DNA from: the human T2T-CHM13v2.0 reference genome, Homo sapiens
DNA length: 64,000 nucleotides
Assembly: GCF_009914755.1 (NCBI RefSeq)
Contig: NC_060933.1
Strand: one strand, 5' to 3'
Positions 44,001-58,833 of the stretch are shown one piece after another; the first letter of the stretch is position 1, and every line of letters begins with the position of its first letter. Below the pieces are notes generated by a model that saw only the letters and a list, made by a program, of their open reading frames with translations, ran no database searches and was not told where the DNA came from. The translations under genes and the position numbers were made by a program.

Positions 44001-47000
44001 GTGAAGGGATATGTACTAATGTCCCATGTAGTCAGTGCCTAGACAAGAGTTGCCTCACGTCAGAGATCAGTGCAGAGATATGTCACAAAGCCTTCTGTAG
44101 GCAAAGCCCATACAAAGCTTACATCACCTTGGAGATCAATACAGTGATATGTCACAAAAGTCCCTGTAAACAAAGGCTAGAAAAGAGTTACATCACCTGG
44201 TTGATCAGTGCAGATATTTGACACAATGCCCCCATAGACAGAACCTAGACAAGACTTCCATCACCTGGGTGCTCAGTGCAGAGATATGTCACAAATCCCC
44301 CTGTAGGCAGAGTATAGAGAAGAGTCCCATCACCTGGGTGATCAGTGCAGTGATATTTCACAAAGCCCCTGTAGGCAGAGTGGTCAAGATTTACATAACA
44401 TAGGTGATCTGTGCAGAGCTATGTCAAAACCCCCCTGTAGGCAGGGACCAGATAAATGTTACATCACCTGGGAGATCAGTGCAGAGATACGTCACAATAC
44501 CCCCTGTAGGTGGAGCCTAGACAAGAGTTAGATCACCTGGGTGATCAGTGCAGAGATACGTCACAATAACCCCTGTAGGTGGAGCCTAGACAAGAGTTAC
44601 ATCACCTGGGTGATCAGTACAGAAATATGTCACAAAGCCCCTGTAGGCCAAGCCTAGACAAGGATTACATCTCCTGGGTGATCAGTGCAGAAATATGTCA
44701 CAAAGCCCTGTAGGCCGAGACAAGACAAGAGTTACATCTCCTGGGTGATCAGTTCAAAGATATGTCACAAAGCCCCCTGCAGACATATCCCAGAAAATTG
44801 GTACATCACCTGGGCGATCAGTGGAGATATCTGTCACAATCCCCTTTAGGCCCAGCTTAGACAAGCGTTACATCAGATGAGTGATCAGTGCAGACAGATG
44901 TCACTGTGTCCCCATAGGCTGATCCAAGACAAGAGTCCATCACCTGGCTGATCAGTACAGAAATATGCCACAATGCCGCCAGCGTGCAGATATAGACAAG
45001 TATTACATCACCTGTGTGATCAGTTCAGAGACATGTCAAAATGCCCCTGTAGGCAGAGCCTAGACAAGAGTCTCAACACCTGGGTGATCAGTGCAGAGTT
45101 ATGTCACAATGACTCCTTTTGGCAGAGCCTAGACAAATGTTACATCACGTGGGAGATCAGGGCAGAGATATGTCACAATGCCACCTGTAAGCAGATCCCA
45201 GACACTAGTTGCATAACCTCGGTGATCAGTGCAGAGATATGTCTCAAAACACCATTTCGGCGAAGCCTATACGAGAGTTAGATAATATCGGTGATCGGTG
45301 CAGTGATATGTTAACATGCCCCTGTAGGCAGAGGCTAGACAAGAGTTACATCACCTGGGTGATCAGTGCAGAGATATCTCACAATAACCCTGTAAGCAGA
45401 GCCAAGACAAGAGTTACATCACCGGCGAGATGAGTGCAGAGATATGTCATAAATCTCACAGAAGGCAAAGCCTAGACAAGTTTTACATCACCTCAGCGAG
45501 CAGTACAAGGATAGTTCCCAATGTCCCTCCAGGCAGAGCTTAGACAAGAGTCACATGTCCTGGTTGATCAGTGCAGAGATAAGTAACAATGCCTAAATAG
45601 GCAGAGCCTAGACAAGTGTTACATAACCCAGGTGACCCGTGCAGAGTGATGTCACAACGCGCTCTATAGGCACAGACTAGAAAGTGTTACATCACCTGGG
45701 TGATCAGTGCAGAGATATGTCACAATGCGCCCTGTAGGCAGAGCATAGAGAAGAGTTGCATCACCTGGGTAATCAGTGCAGAGATATGTCCCCATTTCCG
45801 CTATAGTCAGAGCACAGAGAAGCGTTGCATCACCTGGGTGATCATTGCAGAGATATGTCACAATGTCCCCTGTAGGCAAAGCCTAGGCAAGGTTTACATC
45901 ACGTTTGTCGTCAGTTCAGGGATATGTGAAAACGCCCCTGGAGGCAGGGCCTAGACAACAGTTATATCCCCTAATGATCAGTGCAGAGATATTTCACAAT
46001 ACTCCTGTAGGCAGATCCTAGAAAAGAGTTGAAACACTTGGGTGATCAGTGCAGAGATATGTCACAAAGCTCCTGTAGGCAGAACTTAGATGATTTACTT
46101 CACTTGGGTGATCAGTGCAAAGCTATGTCTCAAAGCAACGTGTATGCAAAGCCTAGACAATATTTACATCACTTACTTTGGTGACCAGTGGCGAGATCTC
46201 TCACAATTCCCCTGTAGGCAGAGCTTATACAACAGTTACATCACCTGAGTCATCAGTGCAGATGTATGTCACAATGCCCCCATAGGCAGACCCAAGACAA
46301 GAGTCCGTCACCTGGGTGATCAGAGCAGAGATATGTGAGAATTCCCGTGTAGGTAGAGCCTCGACAAGTGTTACATAACCTAGGTTATCAGTGCCACTAT
46401 AAATCATAAAGAATCCTGTAGGCAGAGCATAGACAAGAGTACCCTCCCCAGAGTGATCAGTGCAGAGAGGTGTCACAAAGCCCATGTAGGCAGGGCCTAG
46501 ACAAGAGTTTCATCACTTGGTTGATCAGTTCAGAGACGTGTCAAAATGTCCATGTAGGCAGATCTAAGACAAAGTCCATCACCAGGGTGATCAGTGAAGG
46601 GATATGTAGTAATGTCCCATGTAGTCAGTGCCTAGACAAGTGTTGCCTCACGTCAGATATCAGTGCAGAGATATGTCACAAAGCCTTCTGTAGGCAAAGC
46701 CCATACAAGGCTTACATCACCTAGGTGATCAATACAGTGATATGTCACAAAAGTCCCTGTAAACAGAGGCTAGAAAAGAGTTACATCACCTCGTTGTTCA
46801 GTGCAGGCATTTGACACAATGCCCCCATAGACAGAACCTAGACAAGACTTCCATCACCTGGGTGATCAGTGCAGAGATATGTCACAAATCCCCCTGTAGG
46901 CAGAGTATAGAGAAGAGTCCCATCACCTGGGTGATCAGTGCAGTGATATTTCACAAAGCCCCTGTAGGCAGAGTGGTCAAGAGTTACATAACCTAGGTGA

Positions 47001-50000
47001 TCTGTGCAGAGCTATGTCAAAACGCCCCTGTAGGCAGAGCCCAGATAAATGTTACATCACCTGGGAGATCAGTGCAGAGATACGTCACAATACCCCCTGT
47101 AGGTGGAGCCTAGAAAATAGTTAGATCACCTGGGTGATCAGTGCAGAGATACGTCACAATAACCCCTGTAGGTGGAGCCTAGACAAGAGTTACATCACCT
47201 GGGGGATCAGTACAGAAATATGTCACGAAGCCCCTGTAGGCCAAGCCTAGACAAGGATTACATCTCCTGGGTGATCAGTGCAGAAATATGTCACATAGCC
47301 CTGTAGGCCGAGCCAAGACAAGAGTTACATCTCCTGGGTGATCAGTGCAAAGATATGTCACAAAGCCCACTGCAGACATATCCCAGAAAATTGGGACATC
47401 ACCTGGGCGATCAGTGGAGATATCTGTCACAATCCCCTTTAGGTGCAGGTTAGACAAGCGTTACATCAGATGAGTGATCAGTGCAGACATATGTCACTGT
47501 GCCCCCATAGGCTGATCCAAGAGAAGATTCCATCACATGGCTGATCAGTGCAGAAATTTGCCACAATGCCGCCACTCGGCAGATATAGACAATTATTACA
47601 ACACCTGTGTGAGCATTTCAGAGATATGTCAAAATGCCCCTGTAGGCAGAGCCTAGACAAGAGTCTCATCACCTGGGTGATCAGGGCAGAGTTATGTCAC
47701 AATGCCTCCTTTTGGCAGAGCCTAGACAAAGGTTACATCACCTGGGAGATCAGGGCAGAGATATGTCACAATGCCACCTGTAAGCAGATCCCAGACACTA
47801 GTTGCATAACCTCGGTGATCAGTGCAGAGATATGTCTCCAAACACCCTATCGGCGAAGCCTATACGAGAGTTACATAATATCGGTGATCGGTGCAGTGAT
47901 ATGTTAACATGCCCCTGTAGGCAGAGGCTAGACAAGAGTTACATCACCTGGGTGATCAGTGCAGAGATATCTCACAATAACCCTGTAAGCAGAGCCAAGA
48001 CTAGAGTTACATCACCTGCGAAATAAGTGGAGAGATAAGTCATAAATCTCCAAGAAGGCAAAGCCTAGACAAGTTTTACATCACCTCAGCGAGCAGTACA
48101 GGGATAGATCCCAATGTCCCTCTAGGCAGAGCTTAGAAAAGATTCACATGTCATGGGTGATCAGTGCAGAGATAAGTAACAATGCCTCCATAGGGAGAGC
48201 CTAGACAAGTGTTACATAACCCAGGTGACCCGTGCAGAATGACGTCACAACGCCCTCTGTAGGAACAGACTAGAAAGTGTTACATCCCCTTGGTGATCAG
48301 TGCAGAGATATGTCACAATGCGCCCTGTAGGCAGAGCATAGAGAAGAGTTGCATCACCTGGGTAATCAGTGCAGAGATATGTCACCATTTCACCTGTAGT
48401 CAGAGCATAGAGAAGCATTGCATCACCTGGGTGATCATTGCAGAGATATGTCACAATGTCCCCTGTAGGCAAAGCCTAGGCAAGGGTTACATCACGTTTG
48501 TCATCACTTCAGGGATATGTGAAAACGCCCCTGGAGGCAGGGCCTAGACAACAGATATATCCCCTAATGATCAGTGCAGAGATATTTCACAATACTCCTG
48601 TAGGCAGATCCTAGACAAGAGTTGAATCACCTGGGTGATCAGTGCAGAGATATGTCACAAAGCCCCTGTAGGCAGAACTTAGATGAGTTACATCACTTGG
48701 GTGATCAGTGCAAAGCTATGTCTCAAAGCCCCCTGTATGCAAAGCCTAGACAATATTTACATCACTTATTTTGGTGACCAGTGGCGAGATCTCTCACAAT
48801 TCCCCTGTAGGCAGAGCTTATACAACAGTTACATCACCTGAGTGATCAGTGCAGAGGTATGTCACAATGACCCCATAGGCAGACCCAAGACAAGAGTCCG
48901 TCACCTGGGTGATCAGAGCAGAGATATGTGAGAATTCCCGTGTAGGTAGAGCCTCGACAAGTGTTACATAACCTAGGTTATCAGTGCCACTATAAATCAT
49001 AAAGAATCCTGTAGGCAGAGCATACACAAGAGTACACTCCCCAGAGTGATCAGTGCAGAGAGGTGTCACAAAGCCCATGTAGGCAGAGCCTAGACAAGAG
49101 TTTCATCACTTGGTTGATCAGTTCAGAGATGTGTCAAAATGTCCATGTAGGCAGATCTAAGACAAAGTCCATCAACAGGTTGATCAGTGAAGGGATATGT
49201 AGTAAAGTCCCATGTAGTCAGTGCCTAGACAAGAGTTGCCTCACGTCAGATATCAGTGCAGAGATATGTCACAAAGCCTTCGGTAGGCAAAGCCCATACA
49301 AGGCTTACATCACCTAGGTGATCAATACAGTGATATGTCACAAAAGTCCCTGTAAACAGAGGCTAGAAAAGAGTTACATCACCTGGTTGTTCAGTGCAGA
49401 TATTTGACACAATGCCCCCATAGACAGAACCTAGACAAGACTTCCATCACCTGGGTGATCAGTGCAGAGATATGTCACAAATCCCCCTGTAGGCAGAGTA
49501 TAGAGAAGAGTCCCATCACCTGGGTGATCAGTGCAGTGATATTTCACAAAGCCCCTGTAGGCAGAGTTGTCAAGAGTTACATAACCTAGGTGGTCTGTGC
49601 AGAGCTATGTCAAAATGCCCCTGTAGGCAGAGCCCAGATAAATGTTACATCACCTGGGAGATCAGTGCAGAGATACGTCACAATACCCCCTGTAGGTGGA
49701 GCCTAGAGAAGAGTTAGATCACCTGGGTGATCAGTGCAGAGATACGTCACAATAACCCCTGTAGGTGGACCTAGACAATAGTTACATCACCTGAGTGATC
49801 AGTACAGAAATACGTCACAAAGCCGCTGTAGGCCAAGCCTAGACAAGGGTTACATCTCCTGGGTGATCAGTGCAGAAATATGTCAGAAATCCCTGTAGGC
49901 CGACCCAAGACAAGAGTTACATCTCCTGGGTGATCAGTGCAAAGATATGTCACAAAGCCCCCTGCAGACAAATCCCAGAAAATTGGTACATCACCTGGGC

Positions 50001-53000
50001 GATCCGTGGAGATATCTGTCACAATCCCCTTTAGGCGCATCTTAGACAAGCGTTACATCAGATGACTGATCAGTGCAGAGATATGTCGCTGTGCCCCCAT
50101 AGGCAGATCCAAGACAGGAGTCCATCACCTGGCTGATCAGTGCAGAAATATATCACAATGCCGCCAGTAGGCAGATATAGACAAGTATTACATCACCTGT
50201 GTGATCACTTCAGAGATATGTCAAAATGCCCCTGTAGGCAGAACCTAGACAAGAGTCTCATCACCTGGGTGATCAGTGCAGAGTTATGTCACAATGCCTC
50301 CCTTTGGCAGAGCCTAGACAAAGGTTACATCACCTGGGTGATTGGGGCAGTGATATGTCACAATGCCACCTGTTAGCAGATCCCAGACACTAGTGGCATA
50401 ACCTCGGTGATCAGTGCAGAGATATGTCTCAAAACACCCTGTCGGGGAAGCCTATACAAGAGTTACATAATATCGGTGATCGGTGCAGTGATATGTTAAC
50501 ATGCCCCTGAAGGCAGAGCCTAGACAAGAGTTACATCACCTGGGTGATCCGTGCAGAGATATCTCACAGTAACCCTGTAAGCAGAGCCAAGACAACAGTT
50601 ACATCACCTGCGAGATAAGTGCAAAGATATGTCATAAATGTCAAAGAAGGCAAAGCGTAGACAAGTTTCACATCACCTCAGCGAGCAGTGCAGCGATATT
50701 TCCCAGTGTCCCTCTAGGCAGAGCTTAGACAAGAGTCACATGTCCTGGGTGATCAGTGCAGAGATAAGTAACAATGCCTCCATAGGAAGAGCCTAGACAA
50801 GAGTTACCTAACCCAGGTGATCCGAACAGAGTGATGACACAACGCCCTCTGTAGGCACAGAGTAGAAAACCGTTACATCACCTGGGTGATCATCGCAGAG
50901 GTATGTCACAATGCCCCCTGTAGGCAGAGCATAGAGAAGAGTTGCACCACCTGGGTAATCAGTGGAGAGATATGTCACAATTTGCCCTGTAGTCAGAGCA
51001 TAGAGAAACGTTGCATCACCTGGGTGATCAGTGCAGAGATATGTCACAATGTCCCCTGTAGGCAAACGCTAGGCAAGGGTTACATCGCGTTTGTCATCAG
51101 TTCAGGGATATGTGAAAACGACCCTGGAGGCAGGGCCTAGGCAACTGTTATATCCCCTAATGATCAGTGCAGAGATATTTCACAATACTCCTGTAGGCAG
51201 ATCCTAGTCAAGAGTTGAATCACCTGGGTGATCAGTGCAGAGATATGTCACAAAGCTCCTGTAGGCAGAACTTAGATGAGTTACATCACTTGGGTGATCA
51301 GTGCAAAGCTATGTCACACAGCCCCCTGTATGCAAAGCCTAGACAATATTTACATCACTTACTTGGGTGATCAGTGGCGAGATCTGTTACAATTCCCCTG
51401 TAGGCAGAGCTTATACAACAGTTTCATCACCTGAGTGATCAGTGCAGAGGTATGTCACAATGCCCCCATAGGCAGATCCAAGACAAGGGTCCGTCACCTG
51501 GGTGATCAGAGCAGAGATATGTGAGAATTGCCGTGTAGGCAGAGCCTCGACAAGTGTTACATAACCTAGGTTATCAGTGCCAATATAAATCATAAAGAAT
51601 CCTGTAGGCAGAGCATAGACAAGAGTACCCTCCCAAGAGTGATCAGTGCAGAGATGTGTCACAAAGCCCATGTAGGCAGAGCCTTGACAAGAGTTTCATC
51701 ACTTGGTGGATCAGCTCGCAGATGTGTCAAAATGTCCATGTAGGCAGGTCTAAGACAAGAGTCCATCACCCGGGTGATCAGTGAAGGGATATGTACTAAT
51801 GTCCCCTGCAGTCAGTGCCTAGACAAGAGTTGCCTCACCTCAGAGATCAGTGCAGAGATATGTCACAAAGCCTCCTGTAGGCAAAGCCCATACAAGGCTT
51901 ACATCTCCTAGGTGACCAATACAGTGATATGTCACAAAAGTCCCTGAAGACAGAGCCTAGGAAAGAGTTACGTCACCTGTTTTTTCAGCGCAGATACTTG
52001 ACACAATGCCCCCATAGACAGAACCTAGACAAGACTTCCATCACCTGGGTGATCAGTGCGGAGATATGTCACAAATCCCCCTGTAGGCAGAGCATAGAGA
52101 AGAGTCCCATCACCTGGGTGATCAGTGCAGTGATATTTCACAAAGCCCCTGTAGGCAGAGTGGTCAAGAGTTACATAACCTAGGTGGTCTGTGCAGAGCT
52201 ATGTCAAAATGCCCCTGTAGGCAGAGCCCAGATAAATGTTACATCAACTGGGAGATCAGTGCAGAGATACGTCACAATACCCCCTGTAGGTGGAGCCTAG
52301 AGAAGAGTTAGATCACCTGGGTGATCAGTGCAGAGATACGTCACAGTAACCCCTGTAGGTGGACCTAGACAATAGTTACATCACCTGAGTGATCAGTACA
52401 GAAATACGTCACAAAGCCGCTGTAGGCCAAGCCTAGACAAGGGTTACACCTCCTGGGTGATCAGTGCAGAAATATGTCAGAAATCCCTGTAGGCCGACCC
52501 AAGACAAGAGTTACATCTCCTGGGTGATCAGTGCAAAGATATGTCACAAAGCCCCCTGCAGACATATCCCAGAAAATTGGTCCATCACCTGGGCGATCAG
52601 TGGAGATATCTGTCACAATCCCCTTTAGGCGCAGCTTAGACAAGCGTTACATCAGATGACTGATCAGTGCAGAGATATGTCGCTGTGCCCCCATAGGCAG
52701 ATCCAAGACAGGAGTCCATCTCCTGGCTGATCAGTGCAGAAATATGTCACAATTCCGCCAGTAGGCAGATATAGACAAGTATTACATCACCTGTGTGATC
52801 ACTTCAGAGATATGTCAAAATGCCCCTGTAGGCAGAGCCTAGACAAGAGTCTCATCACCTGGGTGATCAGTGCAGAGTTATGTCACAATGCCTCCCTTTG
52901 GCAGAGCCTAGACAAAGGTTACATCACCTGGGTGATTAGGGCAGTGATATGTCACAATGCCACCTTTAAGCAGATCCCAGACACTAGTGGCATAACCTCG

Positions 53001-56000
53001 GTGATCAGTGCAGAGATATGTCTCAAAACACCCTGTCGGGGAAGCCTATACAAGAGTTACATAATATCGGTGATCGGTGCAGTGATATGTTAACATGCCC
53101 CTGTAGGCAGAGCCTAGGCAAGAGTTACATCACCTGGGTGATCCGTGCAGAGGTATCTCACAATAACCCTGTAAGCAGAGCCAAGACAAGGGTTACATCA
53201 CCTGCGAGATAAGTGCAGAGATATGTCATAAATCTCAAAGAAGGCAAAGCCTAGACAAGTTTTACATCACCTCAGCGAGCAGTGCAGCGATATTTCCCAA
53301 TGTCCCTCTAGGCAGAGCTTAGACAAGAGTCACATGTCCTGGGTGATCAGTGCAGAGATAAGTAACAATGCCTCCATAGGAAAAGCCTAGACAAGAGTTA
53401 CCTAACTCAGGTGATCCGAACAGAGTGATGTCACAACGCCCTCTGTAGGCACAGAGTAGAAAACCGTTACATCACCTGGGTGATCATCGCAGAGGTATGT
53501 CACAATGCCCCCTGTAGGCAGAGCATAGAGAAGAGTTGCACCACCTGGGTAATCAGTGCAGAGATATGTCACAATTTGCCCTGTAGTCAGAGCATAGAGA
53601 AACGTTGCATCACCTGGGTGATCAGTGCAGAGATATGTCACAATGTCCCCTGTAGGCAAAGGCTAGGCAAGGGTTACATCGCGTTTGTCATCAGTTCAGG
53701 GATATGTGAAAACGACCCTGGAGGCAGGGCCTAGGCAACTGTTATATCCCCTAATGATCAGTGCAGAGATATTTCACAATACTCCTGTAGGCAGATCCTA
53801 GTCAAGAGTTGAATCACCTGGGTGATCAGTGCAGAGATATGTCACAAAGCTCCTGTAGGCAGAACTTAGATGAGTTACATCACTTGGGTGATCAGTGCAA
53901 AGCTATGTCACACAGCCCCCTGTATGCAAAGCCTAGACAATATTTACATCACTTACTTGGGTGATCAGTGGCGAGATCTCTTACAATTCCCCTGTAGGCA
54001 GAGCTTATACAACAGTTTCATCACCTGAGTGATCAGTGCAGAGGTATGTCACAATGCCCCCATAGGCAGATCCAAGACAAGGGTCCGTCACCTGGGTGAT
54101 CAGAGCAGAGATATGTGAGAATTCCCGTGTAGGCAGAGCCTCGACAAGTGTTACATAACCTAGGTTATCAGTGCCACTATAAATCATAAAGAATTCTGTA
54201 GGCAGAGCATAGACAAGAGTACCCTCCCCAGAGTGATCAGTGCAGAGATGTGTCACAAAGCCCATGTAGGCAGAGCCTTGACAAGAGTTTCATCACTTGG
54301 TGGATCAGCTCGCAGATGTGTCAAAATGTCCATGTAGGCAGGTCTAAGACAAGAGTCCATCACCCGGGTGATCAGTGAAGGGATATGTACTAATGTCCCC
54401 TGCAGTCAGTGCCTAGACAAGAGTTGCCTCACCTCAGAGATCAGTGCAGAGATATGTCACAAAGCCTCCTGTAGGCATAGCCCATACAAGGCTTACATCT
54501 CCTAGGTGACCAATACAGTGATATGTCACAAAAGTCCCTGAAGACAGAGCCTAGGAAAGAGTTACGTCACCTGTTTTTTCAGCGCAGATACTTGACAAAA
54601 TGCCCCCATAGACAGAACCTAGACTAGACTTCCATCACCTGGGTGATCAGTGCAGAGATATGTCACAAATCCCCCTGTAGGCAGAGTATAGAGAAGAGTC
54701 CCATCACCTGGGTGATCAGTGCAGTGATATTTCACAAAGCCCCTGTAGGCAGAGTGGTGAAGAGTTACATAACCTAGGTGGTCTGTGCAGAGCTATGTCA
54801 AAATGCCCCTGTAGGCAGAGCCCAGATAAATGTTACATCAACTGGGATATCAGTGCAGAGATACGTCACAATACCCCCTGTAGGTGGAGCCTAGAGAAGA
54901 GTTAGATCACCTGGGTGATCAGTGCAGAGATACGTCACAGTAACCCCTGTAGGTGGACCTAGACAATAGTTACATCACCTGAGTGATCAGTACAGAAATA
55001 CGTCACAAAGCCGCTGTAGGCCAGGCCTAGACAAGGGTTACATCTCCTGGGTGATCAGTGCAGAAATATGTCAGAAATCCCTGTAGGCCGACCCAAGACA
55101 AGAGTTACATCTCCTGGGTTATCAGTGCAAAGATATGTCACAAAGCCCCCTGCATACATATCCCAGAAAATTGGTACATCACCTTGGCGATCAGTGGAGA
55201 TATCTGTCACAATCCCCTTTAGGCGCAGCTTAGACAAGCATTACATCAGATGACTGATCAGTGCAGAGATATGTCGCTGTGCCCCCATAGGCAGATCCAA
55301 GACAGGAGTCCATCTCCTGGCTGATCAGTGCAGAAATATGTCACAATGCCGCCAGTAGGCAGATATAGACAAGTATTACATCACCTGTGTGATCACTTCA
55401 GAGATATGTCAAAATGTCCCTGTAGGCAGAGCCTAGACAAGACTCTCATCACTTGGGTGATCAGTGCAGAGTTATGTCACAATGCCTCCCTTTGGCAGAG
55501 CCTAGACAAAGGTTAAATCACCTGGGTGATTAGGGCAGTGATATGTCACAATGCCACCTGTAAGCAGATCCCAGACACTAGTGGCATAACCTCGGTGATC
55601 AGTGCAGAGATATGTCTCAAAACACCCTGTTGGGGAAGCCTATACAAGAGTTACATAATATCGGTGATCGGTGCAGTGATATGTTAACATGCCCCTGAAG
55701 GCAGAGCCTAGACAAGAGTTACATCACCTGGGTGATCCGTGCAGAGGTATCTCACAATAACCCTGTAAGCAGAGCCAAGACAACAGTTACATCACCTGCG
55801 AGATAAGTGCAGCGATATGTCATAAATCTCAAAGAAGGCAAAGCCTAGACAAGTTTTACATCACCTCAGCGAGCAGTGCAGCGATATTTCCCAATGTCCC
55901 TCTAGGCAGAGCTTAGACAAGAGTCACATGTCCTGGGTGATCAGTGCAGAGATAAGTAACAATGCCTCCATACGAAGAGCCTAGACAAGAGTTACCTAAC

Positions 56001-58833
56001 CCAGGTGATCCGAACAGAGTGATGTCACAAAGCCCTCTGTAGGCACAGAGTAGAAAACCGTTACATCACCTGGGTGATCATCGCAGAGGTATGTCACAAT
56101 GCCCCCTGTAGGCAGAGCATAGAGAAGAGTGGCACCACCTGGGTAATCAGTGCAGAGATATGTCACAATTTGCCCTGTAGTCAGAGCATAGAGAAACGTT
56201 GCATCACCTGGGTGATCAGTGCAGAGATATGTCACAATGTCCCCTGTAGGCAAAGGCTAGGCAAGGGTTACATCGCGTTTGTCATCAGTTCAGGGATATT
56301 TGAAAACGACCCTGGAGGCAGGGCCTAGGCAACTGTTATATCCCCTAATGATCGGTGCAGAGATATTTCACAATACTCCTGTAGGCAGATCCTAGTCAAG
56401 AGTTGAATCACCTGGGTGATCAGTGCAGAGATATGTCACAAAGCTCCTGTAGGCAGAACTTAGATGAGTTACATCACTTGTGTGATCAGTGCAAAGCTAT
56501 GTCACACAGCCCCCTGTATGCAAAGCCTAGACAATATTTACATCACTTACTTGGGTGATCAGTGGCGAGATCTCTTATAATTCCCGTGTAGGCAGAGCTT
56601 ATACAACAGTTTCATCACCTGAGTGATCAGTGCAGAGGTATGTCACAATGCCCCCATAGGCAGATCCAAGACAAGAGTCCGTCACCTGGGTGATCAGAGC
56701 AGAGATATGTGAGAATTCCCGTGTAGGCAGAGCCTCGACAAGTGTTACATAACCGAGGTTATCAGTGCCAATATAAATCATAAAGAATCCTGTAGGCAGA
56801 GTATAGACAAGAGTACCCTCCCCAGAGTGATCAGTGCAGAGAAGTGTCACAAAGCCCATGTAGGCAGAGCCTTGACAAGAGTTTCATCACTTGGTGGATC
56901 AGTTCACAGATGTGTCAAAATGTCCATGTAGTCATGTCTGAGACAAGAGTCCATCACCCGGGTGATCAGTGGAGGGATATGTACTAATGTCCCCTGCAGT
57001 CAGTGCCTAGACAAGAGTTGCCTCACCTTCGAGATCAGTGCAGAGATATGTCACAAAGCCTCCTGTAGGCAAAGCCCATACAAGGCTTACATCTCCTAGG
57101 TGACCAATACAGTGATATGTCACAAAAGTCCCTGAAGACAGAGCCTAGGAAAGAGTTACATCACCTGGTTTTTCAGCGCAGATACTTGACACAATGCCCC
57201 CATAGACAGAACCTAGACAAGACTTCCATCACCTGGGTGATCAGTGCAGAGATATGTCACAAATCCCCCTGTAGGCAGAGTATAGAGAAGAGTCCCATCA
57301 CCTGGGTGATCAGTGCAGTGATATTTCACAAAGCCCCTGTAGGCGGAGTGGTCAAGAGTTACATAACCTAGGTGGTCTGTGCAGAGCTATGTCAAAATGC
57401 CCCTGTAGGCAGAGCCCAGATAAATGTTACATCACCTGGGAGATCAGTGCAGAGATACGTCACAATACACCCTGTAGGTGGAGCCTAGAGAAGAGTTAGA
57501 TCACCTGGGTGATCAGTGCAGAGATACGTCACAATAACCCCTGTAGGTGGACCTAGACAATAGTTACATCACCTGAGTTATCAGTACAGAAATATGTCAC
57601 AAAGCCGCTGTAGGCCAAGCCTAGACAAGGTTTACATCTCCTGGGTGATCAGTGCAGAAATATGTCAGAAATCCCTGTAGGCCGACCCAAGACAAGAGTT
57701 ACATCTCCTGGGTGATCAGTGCAAAGATATGTCACAAAGCCCCCTGCAGACATATCCCAGAAAATTGGTACATCACCTGGGCGATCAGTGGAGATATCTG
57801 TCACAATCCCCTTTAGGCGTAGCTTAGACAAGCGTTACATCAGATGACTGATCAGTGCAGAGATATGTCGCTGTGCCCCCATAGGCAGATCCAAGACAGG
57901 AGTCCATCACCTGGCTGATCAGTGCAGAAATATGTCACAATGCCGCCAGTAGGCAGATAAAGACAAGTATTACATCACCTGTGTGATCACTTCAGAGATA
58001 TGTCAAAATGCCCCTGTAGGCAGAGCCTAGACAAGAGTCTCATCACCTGGGTGATCAGTGCAGAGTTATGTCACAATGCCTCCCTTTGGCAGAGCCTAGA
58101 CAAAGGTTACATCACCTGGGTGATTAGGGCAGTGATATGTCACAATGCCACCTGTAAGCAGATCCCAGACACTAGTGGCATAACCTCGGTGATCAGTGCA
58201 GAGATATGTCTCAAAACACCCTGTCGGGGAAGCCTATACAAAAGTTACATAATATCGGTGATCGGTGCAGTGATATGTTAACATGCCCCTGAAGGCAGAG
58301 CCTAGACAAGAGTTACATCACCTGGGAGATCCGTGCAGAGATATCTCACAATAACCCTGTTAGCAGAGCCAAGACAACAGTTACATCACCTGCGAGATAA
58401 GTGCAGAGATATGTCATAAATCTCAAAGAAGGCAAAGTCTAGACAAGTTTTACATCACCTCAGCGAGCAGTGCAGCGATATTTACCAATGTCCCTCTAGG
58501 CAGAGCTTAGACAAGAGTCACATGTCCTGGGTGATCAGTGCAGAGATAAGTAACAATGCCTCCATAGGAAGAGCCTAGACAAGAGTTACCTAACCCAGGT
58601 GATCCGAACAGAGTGATGTCACAACGCCCTCTGTAGGCAAAGAGTAGAAAACCGTTACATCACCTGGGTGATCATCGCAGAGGTATGTCACAATGCCCCT
58701 TGTAGGCAGAGCATAGAGAAGAGTGGCACCACCTGGATAATCAGTGCAGAGATATGTCACAATTTGCCCTGTAGTCAGAGCATAGAGAAACGTTGCATCA
58801 CCTGGGTGATCAGTGCAGAGATATGTCACAATG

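Larger units (their letters stand above)
1..49403 (+). repeat. HOR subtype A domain (about 19 units)
   Basis: Diagnostic words include GGTGATCTGTG, GGTGGAGCCTAGACAAG (m14), CCTCCTTTTGG, TAGTTGCATA, GACCCGTGCAG, ACTAGAAAGTG, CATCACGTTTG and GTTGTTCAGTG. Last A-type marker is at about 49403. Confidence 0.88.

Noticed and set aside
51525-54196. EcoRI site loss (about 51525, GAATTG) and gain (54191)
   Set aside because: Ordinary single-copy substitutions, relevant only to restriction patterns.
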